NCBI GenBank assembly: GCA_963719225.1
Contig: CAVRAY010000002.1
Coordinates: 390,077 to 454,076, forward strand
From: Thermoanaerobaculia bacterium
GTDB lineage: Bacteria; Acidobacteriota; Thermoanaerobaculia; UBA5066
Length of the DNA stretch: 64,000 nt
Reading direction: 5' to 3'
In this document: positions 50,357 through 61,014 of the stretch, in pieces
Position numbering within the stretch: position 1 is the stretch's first letter
Layout of the letters: every line of letters begins with the position of its first letter
The notes under the pieces: model-generated
The model's input: the letters and a program-made list of their open reading frames with translations, nothing else
Database searches by the model: none
Told to the model about the DNA's origin: nothing
Made by a program: the position numbers and the translations under genes

Positions 50357-51328
50357 ATGGCCGCTCGAACGCACGGCGAGATCACGCTCGGGATCGATCT
50401 CGGGGGGACGAAGATCCTCGCGGGCGCGGTGGACGGCGCGGGGAAGATCGTCGGGCGCGGCAAGCTCAAGACCCCCTTCGCGGACGGCGTCGGGGCGATC
50501 GGCGAAGGGCTCGTCGCGGCCGCGGACCTCGCGCTCCAGGAGGCCGGCATGCCGCGCGAGAGCGTCTCGGCGCTCGCGGTCGCCTCGCCGGGCGCCGTGG
50601 ATGCCGAGAAGGGGCTCGTCCTCCATGCCGGCAACCTGTCCGCGACGAACTGGCCGATTCTCGAGGCCATGCGCGGGGCGTTCCCGAAGGCGCGCCGCCG
50701 CCTCGAGAACGACGTGCGGCTCGCCGCGCTCGGCGAGGCGCGCCTCGGTGCGGGCCGGGGCGCCGAGACGATGGTCGCCGTCTGGGTCGGCACGGGCATC
50801 GGCGGAGCGGTCATCCGCGGCGGGAAGATTCACAAGGGGCAAAACCGCAACGCGGGCGAGATCGGGATGACGCGCATCGACTTCCGCCGCGTGAAGCCGG
50901 GTTCCTTCGAAGGGACCCTGGAGAGCATCGCCGCGAAGGTCGGAATCACCGCGTGGCTGCGGAGAAAGATCGGCCAGGGCGAGAAGACCTGCCTCGAGAA
51001 GGCCGTTTCCAAGGAGGGGGCGCGGCTCAAGGGCTCCCAGCTCCGCGAGGCCGTCGAGGCGAGGGACGCGCTCGCGCTCCGCGCGCTCGCCCGCTCCGCG
51101 AAAGCCGTCGGTGTCGTGGTTGCGAACGTCTTCAACGTCTTCGCACCCGACCTCTTCGTCCTCGGAGGCGGCGTCGCGGTGGACGTCGGAGACTCGTATC
51201 TCGCCGACGTGAGGAAGTGGGCCGACACGTTCGCCTACACCCAGGCACTCGGAAAGCTCCGGATCGAGCCGGCCGCGCTGGGCGACGATGCAGGCCTTCT
51301 CGGAGCCGCGCTGTACGCGCGCGAATAG
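50357..51328 (+). CDS. ROK-family sugar kinase (glucokinase-like)
   Basis: ATG at ~50357 with RBS ggaggtgga. '[18 protein letters not shown]' ATP-binding motif. ROK signature '…[28 protein letters not shown]…'. Divergent from pgi. Confidence 0.8.
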   Translation: MAARTHGEITLGIDLGGTKILAGAVDGAGKIVGRGKLKTPFADGVGAIGEGLVAAADLALQEAGMPRESVSALAVASPGAVDAEKGLVLHAGNLSATNWPILEAMRGAFPKARRRLENDVRLAALGEARLGAGRGAETMVAVWVGTGIGGAVIRGGKIHKGQNRNAGEIGMTRIDFRRVKPGSFEGTLESIAAKVGITAWLRRKIGQGEKTCLEKAVSKEGARLKGSQLREAVEARDALALRALARSAKAVGVVVANVFNVFAPDLFVLGGGVAVDVGDSYLADVRKWADTFAYTQALGKLRIEPAALGDDAGLLGAALYARE

Positions 51329-51351
51329 CCTTCTGGCACAATCGGCCGGTT

Positions 51352-52101
51352 ATGGGCTGTACCGGCTGCTCCCTCGGAACTTCCACGAACCCCGGCGGAA
51401 ACTACGTGGGCGTGCGCCTCGCCGACGCGATGGACGGGAAGACGGCGCTCGTCTTCACGGGCGAGATCGCGGTCAAGCCGGGGGAACGCATCATCGTGGA
51501 AGCCGAGAACGGCCCCGAGTTCGCGGAGGTCACGACGACGACTCCGGTCCTCGCGAAGGCGTGCTCGTCCAAGAAAGCGAAGCGCTTCCTGAGGCTCGCC
51601 TCCGACTCGGAGTACGCCGATTACGTCGAGAGGGTCGAGCTCCAGGATGCAGCCCGCCTCTTCACCGATGCGGCCGTCGCCGAGCTGAAGCTGGACGTCC
51701 ACGTCGTCAAGTGCGCGGTCGGCTTCGACCGGCGGCGGATGACGGTGCTCTACACGTCCGAGAAGAAGCCCGAGACCCGGGAGCTCGCCCGAAGGATCTC
51801 GGACCGCTTCGAGATCCGCGTCGAGATGAAGTCGATCGGGGTCAGGGACGAAACGAAGCTGATCGGCGGGATCGGCTCGTGCGGCCTGACGCTCTGCTGC
51901 TCCACATGGCTCAAGAGCTTCCATCCCGTGGCCATCAAGATGGCGAAGATGCAGGGCCTGACCCCGAACCCCTCGAAGCTCACCGGCCAGTGCGGGCGCC
52001 TGAAATGCTGCGTCGCGTACGAGCTGGAAGGCGGGATCGAGGCCGCCCGCCGGATGAGCCACGGCGGCGACCGGGCACGTTCGGCTCCGCCCGCCGCCTG
52101 A
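51352..52101 (+). CDS. PSP1 C-terminal-domain protein (RicT/YaaT-like)
   Basis: ATG at ~51352, in frame with the tabulated ORF 49687-52101. Conserved 'GSCGLTLCCSTWL…TGQCGRLKCCVAYE' cysteine clusters of PSP1/RicT. Confidence 0.65.
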   Translation: MGCTGCSLGTSTNPGGNYVGVRLADAMDGKTALVFTGEIAVKPGERIIVEAENGPEFAEVTTTTPVLAKACSSKKAKRFLRLASDSEYADYVERVELQDAARLFTDAAVAELKLDVHVVKCAVGFDRRRMTVLYTSEKKPETRELARRISDRFEIRVEMKSIGVRDETKLIGGIGSCGLTLCCSTWLKSFHPVAIKMAKMQGLTPNPSKLTGQCGRLKCCVAYELEGGIEAARRMSHGGDRARSAPPAA

Positions 52102-52197
52102 GGATTTTTCGGGCCTCGCTTTTCCGGCGGCGCGCGGAATAGACTCCCTGTCAAGTTCGTTCCCCTTCCCATGGGTCCCCCCAGAGGAGTCCTCGAC

Positions 52198-52632
52198 ATG
52201 GCTTCGGTGAAAAAGCCGCCGACCCCGGAAGAGCCTTCCGCCCCCGCGGAGGGGGCGGCGGAGCTGGGCCCGCGGAAGCTCATCCGGCCCTCTTTGGCCC
52301 GGGTCCTGCGCGACCAGGGCGTCCCGTCGCGCGGCCCCTCGTCGCGAAAAATCGTCCCCCCGGAGCAGACGAACGCCGAGGCGTACTACTACCTCAAGCA
52401 GATGCAGAGCAAGACGCCCATCGTCGTCCGCCTCGTGGACGGCGAGGAGCTGCGCGGATGGATCGAGTGGTACGACAAGGACGTCATCAAGCTGAACCGC
52501 GAGTACGGGCCGAACCTGCTCATCCCCAAGCGTTCCATCAAGTACCTCTTCAAGGAAGAAGAGGAGCGCCAGCACAAGAGAAGGCTCAGGCCGCCCGGCA
52601 CGCCCTCCGAGGGGCCCTCGGGAGCCGGCTGA
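52198..52632 (+). CDS. Hfq-like Sm-fold RNA-binding protein with N- and C-terminal extensions
   Basis: Sm1-like '[26 protein letters not shown]' aligns to Hfq [26 protein letters not shown]. Sm2-like '[13 protein letters not shown]' aligns to MVYKHAISTVVP. Confidence 0.55.
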   Translation: MASVKKPPTPEEPSAPAEGAAELGPRKLIRPSLARVLRDQGVPSRGPSSRKIVPPEQTNAEAYYYLKQMQSKTPIVVRLVDGEELRGWIEWYDKDVIKLNREYGPNLLIPKRSIKYLFKEEEERQHKRRLRPPGTPSEGPSGAG

Positions 52633-52656
52633 CCCCTGTCCTTCCCGGAGGTCGAC

Positions 52657-53157
52657 ATGAGATTCGAGCTCCTTCAGTCGCTCAGGGAGTACATGATCGC
52701 CTCGTACACGGGACACCATGCCGACGGCCTGTGCGTGTGCGCGGTGATCGGTTTCGCGAACAACAGCTTCTCCCTCAACTCGCGCCAGATGACCCTCCTC
52801 TCCATGAGCGTTCCGGCGGTGCAGAAGCCGAACAGCGTTCTCGAGCTGTATGGCCGGACGGATCGAGCCGGCTCGGACGAGTACAACATGGGCCTGGCGC
52901 AACGGAGGCTCGGGGCGGTCCAGAACGCTCTCGTCACCGTCGGGGCGCCTCACGACAAGGTCTTCACCGGCCTCTCGAAGGCCCTCGGCGAGAACTTCGA
53001 AGCGTTTTTCGGAGTGGCGGACGGGCAACGCGAGGCCGGCGGACGAGCGGTCTGGTCGTTCCTGTGGCCCTCCAAGGCCGCGTTCGAGGAAGGGCCGGAC
53101 GACGAGTCGTCCTTCCGGGACCTCGTGATGTTCGGCCGGAACTTCACGCCGCGCTGA
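52657..53157 (+). CDS. OmpA-like (peptidoglycan-binding-type) domain protein, no signal peptide
   Basis: 'LELYGRTDRAGSDEYNMGLAQRRLGAVQNALVTVGAP' matches the OmpA_C core (GHTD..GS..YN..LS..RA). Confidence 0.45.
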   Translation: MRFELLQSLREYMIASYTGHHADGLCVCAVIGFANNSFSLNSRQMTLLSMSVPAVQKPNSVLELYGRTDRAGSDEYNMGLAQRRLGAVQNALVTVGAPHDKVFTGLSKALGENFEAFFGVADGQREAGGRAVWSFLWPSKAAFEEGPDDESSFRDLVMFGRNFTPR

Positions 53158-53232
53158 GAGTCGCGGGCAGGCCGGGAGGCCGGTAGACTCCGAGGCTTGC
53201 GGCCCGCCGCGAAAGGACTGACGAGACGACAC

Positions 53233-54642
<1,410 letters not shown>

Positions 54643-54847
54643 TCCGGTTCAGGGTCCGGCTTCGCGCGGACGAAAGGCCCAGAACTCCCCCCGCGATCCC
54701 GGGCACGAGCAGGCGTCCGTCCGGGAATTCGCGTCTTTTCCTCCGGCGAAGCACCCCTGGACGCCGTCGAGGACGAGGCAGAGGGTCCAGGATCTCGAAC
54801 GGACCGAGCCGCGTTCCGGGAGCGAGGGGCACTGAAGAAAGGATACG

Positions 54848-55426
54848 TCAGCGTGCGAGCCACGAAACGCCGACGACGCCGGAGTAGAAGCTCAGTCCGG
54901 GGTTGTCCGATCCCGCGAGGCCGAGATTCGAGACGTGGACGCGCCGGATGCCGAGAGAGACGACGCGATCGGGTCCGGCCCGGACGAGGACGAGGCCGGC
55001 GAACTCGTCGAGGAAGTTGAACCGCGAGCCCTCGGCGGGAATCCGCGAGAACCCCCAGAAGATCCCGACGGCTCCTTCGAGCCTCAGACCGAAACGCGCA
55101 TCCTTCGACATCCACGTCCAGGAGAGAACGGGCGCGGCGGCCACGGCGTACGCGACCTCGCGCGGGCGGCCCGGCAGATCCACGCGCGTCTGGTTCACGA
55201 CGAAGAGCGGCGTGAATTCGATGCCCAGCGAGAAGCGGGAGCCGAGCGGAGAATCGCGCGTCACGGAAAGCGTCGCCGCCTCCGCGAAGCCCTGCGACCG
55301 AGGCGCGGACGCCTGGCCGTAGGACGCGAAGACGTGCCACTCCTGGGCGAGGGCACATTCACCTTCTAAGAAAAACAACGGTGCGGCAAGCAAGAACGCA
55401 GCACGACGCGAGAGGGTCCGAGTCAA
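54848..55426 (-). CDS. Secreted small beta-barrel protein, possibly PagL-like lipid A deacylase family
   Basis: Probable TTG start at ~55426 (LTRTLSRRAAFLLAAPLFFLEGECALAQ, a signal peptide) overlapping the amidohydrolase stop (TTGA). 'VHVSNLG' resembles the PagL HxSN catalytic motif. Alternating hydrophobic beta-strand pattern. Confidence 0.4.
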   Translation of the reverse strand: MTRTLSRRAAFLLAAPLFFLEGECALAQEWHVFASYGQASAPRSQGFAEAATLSVTRDSPLGSRFSLGIEFTPLFVVNQTRVDLPGRPREVAYAVAAAPVLSWTWMSKDARFGLRLEGAVGIFWGFSRIPAEGSRFNFLDEFAGLVLVRAGPDRVVSLGIRRVHVSNLGLAGSDNPGLSFYSGVVGVSWLAR

Positions 55427-56784
55427 TCCGGCCTCTTGACGACCTTTCCGCGCGAAACCACCGCGACTACTTTTTCCGTCGCCTTGATGTCCTTCAGCGG
55501 ATCGCCCGCCACGGCCACGAGGTCGGCTGCACAGCCGGGCGCGAGACAGCCCAGGTTGCCCGCTTGCCCGAGAAGATCGGCCGCGACGACGGTCGCCGTG
55601 CGGAGAGCGTCCCACGGCGTCATGCCCCACGCGACCATGAAGGAGAACTCCTCGGCCTGGTTCCGCTTGTCCCAGTCGAAGCCGCCCGCGTCCGTCCCGA
55701 AAGCGATCGGTGCGCCCGCTTTGTAGGCGCGCTTGAAGGAATCCTGCGAGGCGGCCCAGAGCTGGTCCCAGATGGGGTTCGTCTTCGACCGCGGGCCCTT
55801 CACGAAGTCCGCGACCGTGATCGTCGGGCAGTACGCGACTTTCCGGGCGACCATGGCCTTCACGGTCTCGTCATCCAGCACGTCGCCGTGCTCGAGGGAA
55901 TCCACGCCCGCCGCGAGCGCGACACGGTGGCCGGACGGCGTCATGGAGTGAGCGGCGACCTTCTTCCTCAGTTTGTGGGCCTCCTCCACGATGGCCTTCA
56001 TCTCGTCGGACGTGAAGTTCGGGATCGCGGCCCAGGCACCGTCCGGCGTCCGGTAATAGCTGCGGTCCGCGTAGACCTTGATCCAGTCGACGCCGTTCTG
56101 GACCTGGAAGCGCACGGCCCTGCGGCAGTCGTCCGGCCCGTCGCACTTCAGGACGCCGTCGGGCATCTTTCGCTCCCAGGAGTAGCCGAGGAGGGGATAG
56201 CCGCCCGTGACGCTCATCGCGGGACCCGACGTGAAGACGCGTGGTCCCGGGAGGATGCCTCGGTCGAACGCGTGCTTGAGGTCCACGTCCGCGAAGCCCG
56301 CGCCTTCGGTCCCGAGGTCGCGGACCGTCGTGAAGCCGTGGTCGAGGGCGATGCCCGCGGCCCGGGCGGCGCGCAGGGCCCGATACGGGCCCGATTCGAG
56401 GAGCACCTGCTCGTCGTACTCGGTCGACGTCGCGTCGCCCTGGAGGAGGAGATGCGTGTGCGCGTCGATGAAGCCGGGGAGACAGGTATAGGAAGAGAGA
56501 TCGAGGGCGGCGGCCGTCTTCGCGGCAGCCTCCGCTCCCGCCGGGACGCCGTCGGGGGATTTCTTCGAAGGTGAAGAGGGCGTGGGTGCGGGCGAAGCTC
56601 CCGATGGAGCGAGGCGCGCGACCTTTCCTCCTTCCAAGAAAATCTCCACGTTCGCCTTCGACGATCGCGTCCCCGGATCCAGAAGGGTCCCGCACCGAAC
56701 GACCAGGGGCGCCTCGGCGGCGACGAGACTCGTGGCGGCGAACACCGGCGCGGCGAGAACCAGCAGAAGATCCCTCGTTCGCAT
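55423..56784 (-). CDS. Secreted amidohydrolase-family metal-dependent hydrolase
   Basis: ATG at ~56784 with RBS ggagg; the tabulated 1146-aa ORF is a no-stop artefact upstream. Signal peptide MRTRDLLLVLAAPVFAATSLVAAEA. 'GFIDAHTHLL' HxH metal motif. '…AAHSMTPSG…' and 'AFGTDAGG' are amidohydrolase_1 motifs. Confidence 0.8.
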   Translation of the reverse strand: MRTRDLLLVLAAPVFAATSLVAAEAPLVVRCGTLLDPGTRSSKANVEIFLEGGKVARLAPSGASPAPTPSSPSKKSPDGVPAGAEAAAKTAAALDLSSYTCLPGFIDAHTHLLLQGDATSTEYDEQVLLESGPYRALRAARAAGIALDHGFTTVRDLGTEGAGFADVDLKHAFDRGILPGPRVFTSGPAMSVTGGYPLLGYSWERKMPDGVLKCDGPDDCRRAVRFQVQNGVDWIKVYADRSYYRTPDGAWAAIPNFTSDEMKAIVEEAHKLRKKVAAHSMTPSGHRVALAAGVDSLEHGDVLDDETVKAMVARKVAYCPTITVADFVKGPRSKTNPIWDQLWAASQDSFKRAYKAGAPIAFGTDAGGFDWDKRNQAEEFSFMVAWGMTPWDALRTATVVAADLLGQAGNLGCLAPGCAADLVAVAGDPLKDIKATEKVVAVVSRGKVVKRPD

Positions 56785-56811
56785 TTGACGGAGCCTCCAT
56801 TCCAAAGCAGG

Positions 56812-57393
56812 ATGCCGGGGATTATGAGCCGCGTCGACGACCTGAGGCGGGCCCGGGATCGCATGGAGGCGGTGAGGGCCGAGATCTACGCGACCGTGTC
56901 CGGAAAGTCGGACGCCGAGCTCCTCTGCCCGCCACGCGGCGGCGGATGGTCGGCCGCGGAGGTTCTCGATCACCTCCGGGCGGCGGAGGGATCGCTCGTG
57001 AGGGCCCTGAGGAAGTTCGAAAAGGGAGAGCCGACGCGCGTGCCCAGGGTCGCGTGGTGGTACCGCCTGCCGATCTCGCCGTTCTTCTGGCAGATCCGGT
57101 TCACGGCGCCGAAGCTCGTCCGCCCGCGGCCCCGCGCGGAAGTGAGTCCGGCCGAAGTCCTCGAGGCTCTCCGGACCTCGCGCTGCGACCTCTTCGCGCT
57201 CGCGGAGCGCATGGGCGAAGAACGCTTCGCCGCGATGGTCTTTCCGCACTTCCTCCTCGGACGCTTCAGCGGCGTGACGTGGTTCCGATTCATCGGAAAG
57301 CACGAGGCGAGGCACCTCGCGCAGATCCGCCGCGTCCTCGCGGGCCCGAAGGTGCTCCGGTGCGCGCCCGCCTCCGAGCGTCGGCTCGCTTAG
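56812..57393 (+). CDS. DinB-family (DinB_2/YfiT-like) protein
   Basis: 'WSAAEVLDHLRAAEGSL … GKHEARHLAQI' is the DinB-type His/Glu metal triad pattern. Start uncertain (M at 56785, 56812 or 56824). Confidence 0.55.
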   Translation: MPGIMSRVDDLRRARDRMEAVRAEIYATVSGKSDAELLCPPRGGGWSAAEVLDHLRAAEGSLVRALRKFEKGEPTRVPRVAWWYRLPISPFFWQIRFTAPKLVRPRPRAEVSPAEVLEALRTSRCDLFALAERMGEERFAAMVFPHFLLGRFSGVTWFRFIGKHEARHLAQIRRVLAGPKVLRCAPASERRLA

Positions 57394-58826
57394 CGCGCGC
57401 CGCGGCCCGTCAGGACGGTTGGAATCGTGCGCAGGAGGATCTTCGCGTCGAGGCCGAGGCTCCAGTTGTCGATGTAGGCGAGATCGAGGTTCATCCACTC
57501 GTTGAACTCGGCGATCTCGTTCCGTCCCGACACCTGCCAGAGTCCCGTGACGCCCGGCTTCATCGAGAGCCGGCGGCGCTGCCACCTCTCGTAGCGCGCG
57601 ACTTCCTCGGGGAGCGGCGGGCGCGGCCCTACGAGCGACATTTCGCCGCGCAGGACGTTCCAGAGCTGCGGGACCTCGTCGAACGAGAAGCGGCGGATGA
57701 GGCGGCCGAACGCCGTGAGGCGCGGATCGTTCGCCGCCTTGAAGACGGGGCCCTCGTGCTCGTTGAGGTGCGCGACGCCGGGCATCAGCTCCTCCGCCCC
57801 TTCGACCATCGTCCGGAGCTTGACGAGCGTGAAGGGCCGGCCGTTCAGCCCGCAGCGCGTCTGGCGGAAGAGCACCGGCCCTTTCGACGTGAGCTTGATG
57901 GCGAGCGCCGCGAGCGTGACGGGTACGACGGAGACCAGGCCGATGAGGACGGACAAAGAGATGTCGACGGCGCGTTTGACGAGGAGCGCGACGCCCTCGC
58001 CCGGTGTCGTCGAGAACGTGAGGAGCGGCGTCCCCTCGAGCTCCTCGAGCTCCACGCGCGCGAGCACGTGGGGGAAGAAGTCGAGGACGAGCCGCGTCTT
58101 GACGCCCATCTCCTCGCAGAGAAGGAAGATGTCCTCGAGCTTCGGCAGGTCGCCGCGGTCCACCGCGAGGATGACCTCGTCCACGGTGAGCTCCGTCAGG
58201 ATCTTCGGAAAGTCCTGGAGGGAGCCGAGAAGCGGCACCCCGTTCGCGGTCGTCGTCTGGCCGTCCTCGGCGGGCTTCTCGCGCACGAGGCCGAGGAGCT
58301 TCAGCCCCCACCACGGGTGCTCCCGAATGAGGCGCGCCATCGAGGCGGCCCGCGGCGTGTCGCCCACGAGGACGACGGTGCGGAAATTGAAGCCCAGCGA
58401 ACGCACGCGACGCGCGACGAGACGGACCGTGACGCGCACGGACACGAGGAAAAGGACGTTCACGACGAAAAAGATCGCGAGGAACGGCCGCGAGATGAAG
58501 TCCCAGCGAAGGCCGAAGACGACGAGGGCGAGGAGGAGGCTTCCGAAGAAGGACGTGCGCGTCATGAGCGCGACCTCGTCCTTGAGGCGCAGCGTGCGGT
58601 GGCTGCGATACGCCCCTTCGAGGAAGAGGAGGCCCGAAAAGATCAGCACGATGGGCCCCGCGAGGACGAGGTAAAAGTTGAAGTCGTAGAGCGGCGTGAG
58701 CCGGCTGAAAAGGTGGGGCAGGAGCTCGCTGCGAACGACATAAGCCACGGGCAGCGTCGCGAGGGTGACGCTCAGGTCGGCCGCGTACAGAAGGGCGGCG
58801 ATCGTCCGGGCCTGCTGCTTCAGCAT
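57390..58826 (-). CDS. Polyprenyl-phosphate hexose-1-phosphate transferase (WbaP/WcaJ-like priming glycosyltransferase)
   Basis: N-terminal 4-5 TM helices plus a CoA-binding-like region. C-terminal 'sugar transferase' domain '…KGPVLFRQTRCGLNGRPFTLVKLRTM…GEMSLVGPRP…'. Confidence 0.8.
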   Translation of the reverse strand: MLKQQARTIAALLYAADLSVTLATLPVAYVVRSELLPHLFSRLTPLYDFNFYLVLAGPIVLIFSGLLFLEGAYRSHRTLRLKDEVALMTRTSFFGSLLLALVVFGLRWDFISRPFLAIFFVVNVLFLVSVRVTVRLVARRVRSLGFNFRTVVLVGDTPRAASMARLIREHPWWGLKLLGLVREKPAEDGQTTTANGVPLLGSLQDFPKILTELTVDEVILAVDRGDLPKLEDIFLLCEEMGVKTRLVLDFFPHVLARVELEELEGTPLLTFSTTPGEGVALLVKRAVDISLSVLIGLVSVVPVTLAALAIKLTSKGPVLFRQTRCGLNGRPFTLVKLRTMVEGAEELMPGVAHLNEHEGPVFKAANDPRLTAFGRLIRRFSFDEVPQLWNVLRGEMSLVGPRPPLPEEVARYERWQRRRLSMKPGVTGLWQVSGRNEIAEFNEWMNLDLAYIDNWSLGLDAKILLRTIPTVLTGRGAR

Positions 58827-58882
58827 TCGGAGACGGGGGGCCCCGCCTGCCGAATGCTAGCAAGGGCCGGGATTTCCGGGTT

Positions 58883-59983
58883 TCAGGGAGGCGTCAGGAG
58901 GGTCTCGTAGGCGTCGGCCACCGCCTCCCACCGGTAATCCCGGCGCGCGCGCTCGAGCGCCGCTTTGCCCGAAGACTCGCGAGCCGAGGGATCCGAGAGG
59001 AGGGCCGCCAGGGCGGCGGCGAGGTGGGGAGCGCTTCGCACGTCCACGTAGAGCGCGGCCTTCCCGGCCGCCTCGCGATTCTCCTGGGTGTCGTGGACGA
59101 CGAGCGGCCGGCCGAAGCCCATCGCCTCGACGAGCGCCGGGTGCGTACCCCCGACTTCGGTCGCGTGCACGTAGACCGCGGCATGCGCGAGGAGCTCGCG
59201 GTAAGACTCCCCGTAGAGCGCCCCGGGAAGGAGAACCCGCGGGTCCCGCGACGCCTCGGCGCGGACGCGGACGAGAAAGTCGTCCGCGTACGGCGCATGG
59301 CCCACCAGGACGAGCTTCGTGTCGCCCGGCACTTCGCGGAACGCGCGCACGACCGCGTCCGCGTTGTTCTCCGGCTCGAAGCGGGACACGTAGAGCACGT
59401 AGCCGCCGCGTTCGAGCCCGAGACGCTGGAGCGTCGTGGAAGACACGGGAGGGGGCAGGTCGGAGCCGTACGGAATGAAGACGGACTCTTTTCCGTATTG
59501 CTCGCGGTAATAGGCCTGGATGGCGCGGGCATCCGTCACGACGGCGTCCGGCATCACGCAGGAGAGCCGCTCCGAAAGCGCATGGACGGCCCGGCCGAGC
59601 CGGTTCCACTTGCGGCGGTTGCGCTCTAGCCCGTCCACGTTCAGGACGATCCGCGAAGGAGCCCCGAGGAGGCGGGGCAGCCGGCAGAGGAGGGCATTCG
59701 CCCCGTTGCAGACGAGAACGGCGTCGTACCCTTCCGCCGCGGCGTGGAGCCCCGAGAGCGCCGAGTGGACGACGGTGTCGAAGTATTTCAGGCGGAGCGT
59801 CGGAAGATGGACGATCCGCGCCCCGCGATGGGCCGAGACGAGGGAGCCGACGCCGTGCGGGCGCGCGTAGACCGTCACGTCGTGCCCTCGGTCCGCGAGG
59901 CGGGCCGAGAGCTCCTCGGCGAGCGTCTCGAAGCCGCCGTAGGCGGCGGGAACGCCGCGCGTCCCTATGATGGCGATTCTCAT
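58883..59983 (-). CDS. GT4-family glycosyltransferase (group 1)
   Basis: 'MRIAIIGTRGVPAAYGGFET' and a GT-B C-terminal 'E-x7-E' region. ATGA overlap with the upstream GT2. Confidence 0.8.
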   Translation of the reverse strand: MRIAIIGTRGVPAAYGGFETLAEELSARLADRGHDVTVYARPHGVGSLVSAHRGARIVHLPTLRLKYFDTVVHSALSGLHAAAEGYDAVLVCNGANALLCRLPRLLGAPSRIVLNVDGLERNRRKWNRLGRAVHALSERLSCVMPDAVVTDARAIQAYYREQYGKESVFIPYGSDLPPPVSSTTLQRLGLERGGYVLYVSRFEPENNADAVVRAFREVPGDTKLVLVGHAPYADDFLVRVRAEASRDPRVLLPGALYGESYRELLAHAAVYVHATEVGGTHPALVEAMGFGRPLVVHDTQENREAAGKAALYVDVRSAPHLAAALAALLSDPSARESSGKAALERARRDYRWEAVADAYETLLTPP

Positions 59984-61014
59984 GCGCGGCGCGCCTTCTC
60001 CTCTTCGGACGTGAACCAGGGAAGGAGGTCGCGGTCGGTCACGGTGCGCGCGGCGCGGATTGCGGCTCGCTTGGCGAGAAGGCGCGCGCGGTTCTCCGCG
60101 AGCCAGCGGAGCGCCGGCAAAGAGCTCCGTTCCACCGTGAGGCAGGCGGCGACGACGACGAGGTCGCGGACGAACGTGCCCGTGAACGTCGCCAGGAGGT
60201 GCGATTTGCCGGCGTTGTTGATCCTGAGGAGGAAGCGGTTCTTGACGGAATGCAGGTTCGCGGACGGAGACATCTCGCGCCGCCGCTCGGGCAGGTTGCG
60301 CCGGCGGTGCCAGGCGAGGGCGGCGGGGACGCAGCGCGCGGTCCAGCCGCGGCCGCGCAGCCGCCAGGCGAGGTCCACGTCCTCGCGGTAGAGGAAGAAG
60401 TCGTCGTCGAAAAAGCCGGTGGCGATCTTCACGTCGGCCAGCGCGGCCGTCCGATAGAGCGCGACGCAGCCCGAGACGCCGAAAACCTCCGCCGGCCGGT
60501 CGTAGCGGCCGTCGTCCGGGAAGCCCGCGCCGATGTCGAAGTGCCGGCCGTTCTTCGCCATGCGGATCCCGACCGTGTCGAGCACGGTCGTGGGAAGGAG
60601 GTCCGCTCCTTCGGCCCTCAGGATCTTCCCGGTGAAGGACCCGGCCCGCGCGCTTTCCGGCCGTTCGGCTTCTGCGAGGAGGCGCTCGAGAAAATCGGGC
60701 GCGAGGACCACGTCGGAGTTGAGGACGAGGACCCAGGGGCTGCCCTCCTCCACGGCCCTGCCGATCGCGAGGTTATGACCGCCCGTGTAACCGAGGTTCT
60801 CGCGCGAGGCGACGACCCGGAGGGGGACGGGCGTCACCTTTTCGAAGGCGGCGAACGTGGAGCGCGTTCCGTCCTCGGACGCGTTGTCCACGGCCACGAT
60901 GGAGAAATCGCGGAACGTCTGCGCGAAGAGAGAAGGCATGAGGCGCTCGACGTCGCGCGACTCGTTGTGCGTCACGATCGAGACGAGAACGCGCCGCGCG
61001 TCGAGGGCCGTCAC
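59980..61014 (-). CDS. GT2-family glycosyltransferase
   Basis: GTG start overlapping the upstream stop (GTGA). 'VSIVTHNESRDVERLMPSL…IVAVDNASEDGT…VLNSD' is the GT2 DxD pattern. The N-terminal 350 aa of the tabulated ORF is an Arg-rich artefact. Confidence 0.75.
   Translation of the reverse strand: MTALDARRVLVSIVTHNESRDVERLMPSLFAQTFRDFSIVAVDNASEDGTRSTFAAFEKVTPVPLRVVASRENLGYTGGHNLAIGRAVEEGSPWVLVLNSDVVLAPDFLERLLAEAERPESARAGSFTGKILRAEGADLLPTTVLDTVGIRMAKNGRHFDIGAGFPDDGRYDRPAEVFGVSGCVALYRTAALADVKIATGFFDDDFFLYREDVDLAWRLRGRGWTARCVPAALAWHRRRNLPERRREMSPSANLHSVKNRFLLRINNAGKSHLLATFTGTFVRDLVVVAACLTVERSSLPALRWLAENRARLLAKRAAIRAARTVTDRDLLPWFTSEEEKARRA

Noticed and set aside
49687-52101. 804-aa plus-strand ORF spanning pgi (antisense), the ROK kinase region and PSP1
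   Set aside because: Only the last 249 aa (from ATG ~51352) form a credible PSP1/RicT protein. The upstream portion is antisense or wrong-frame.
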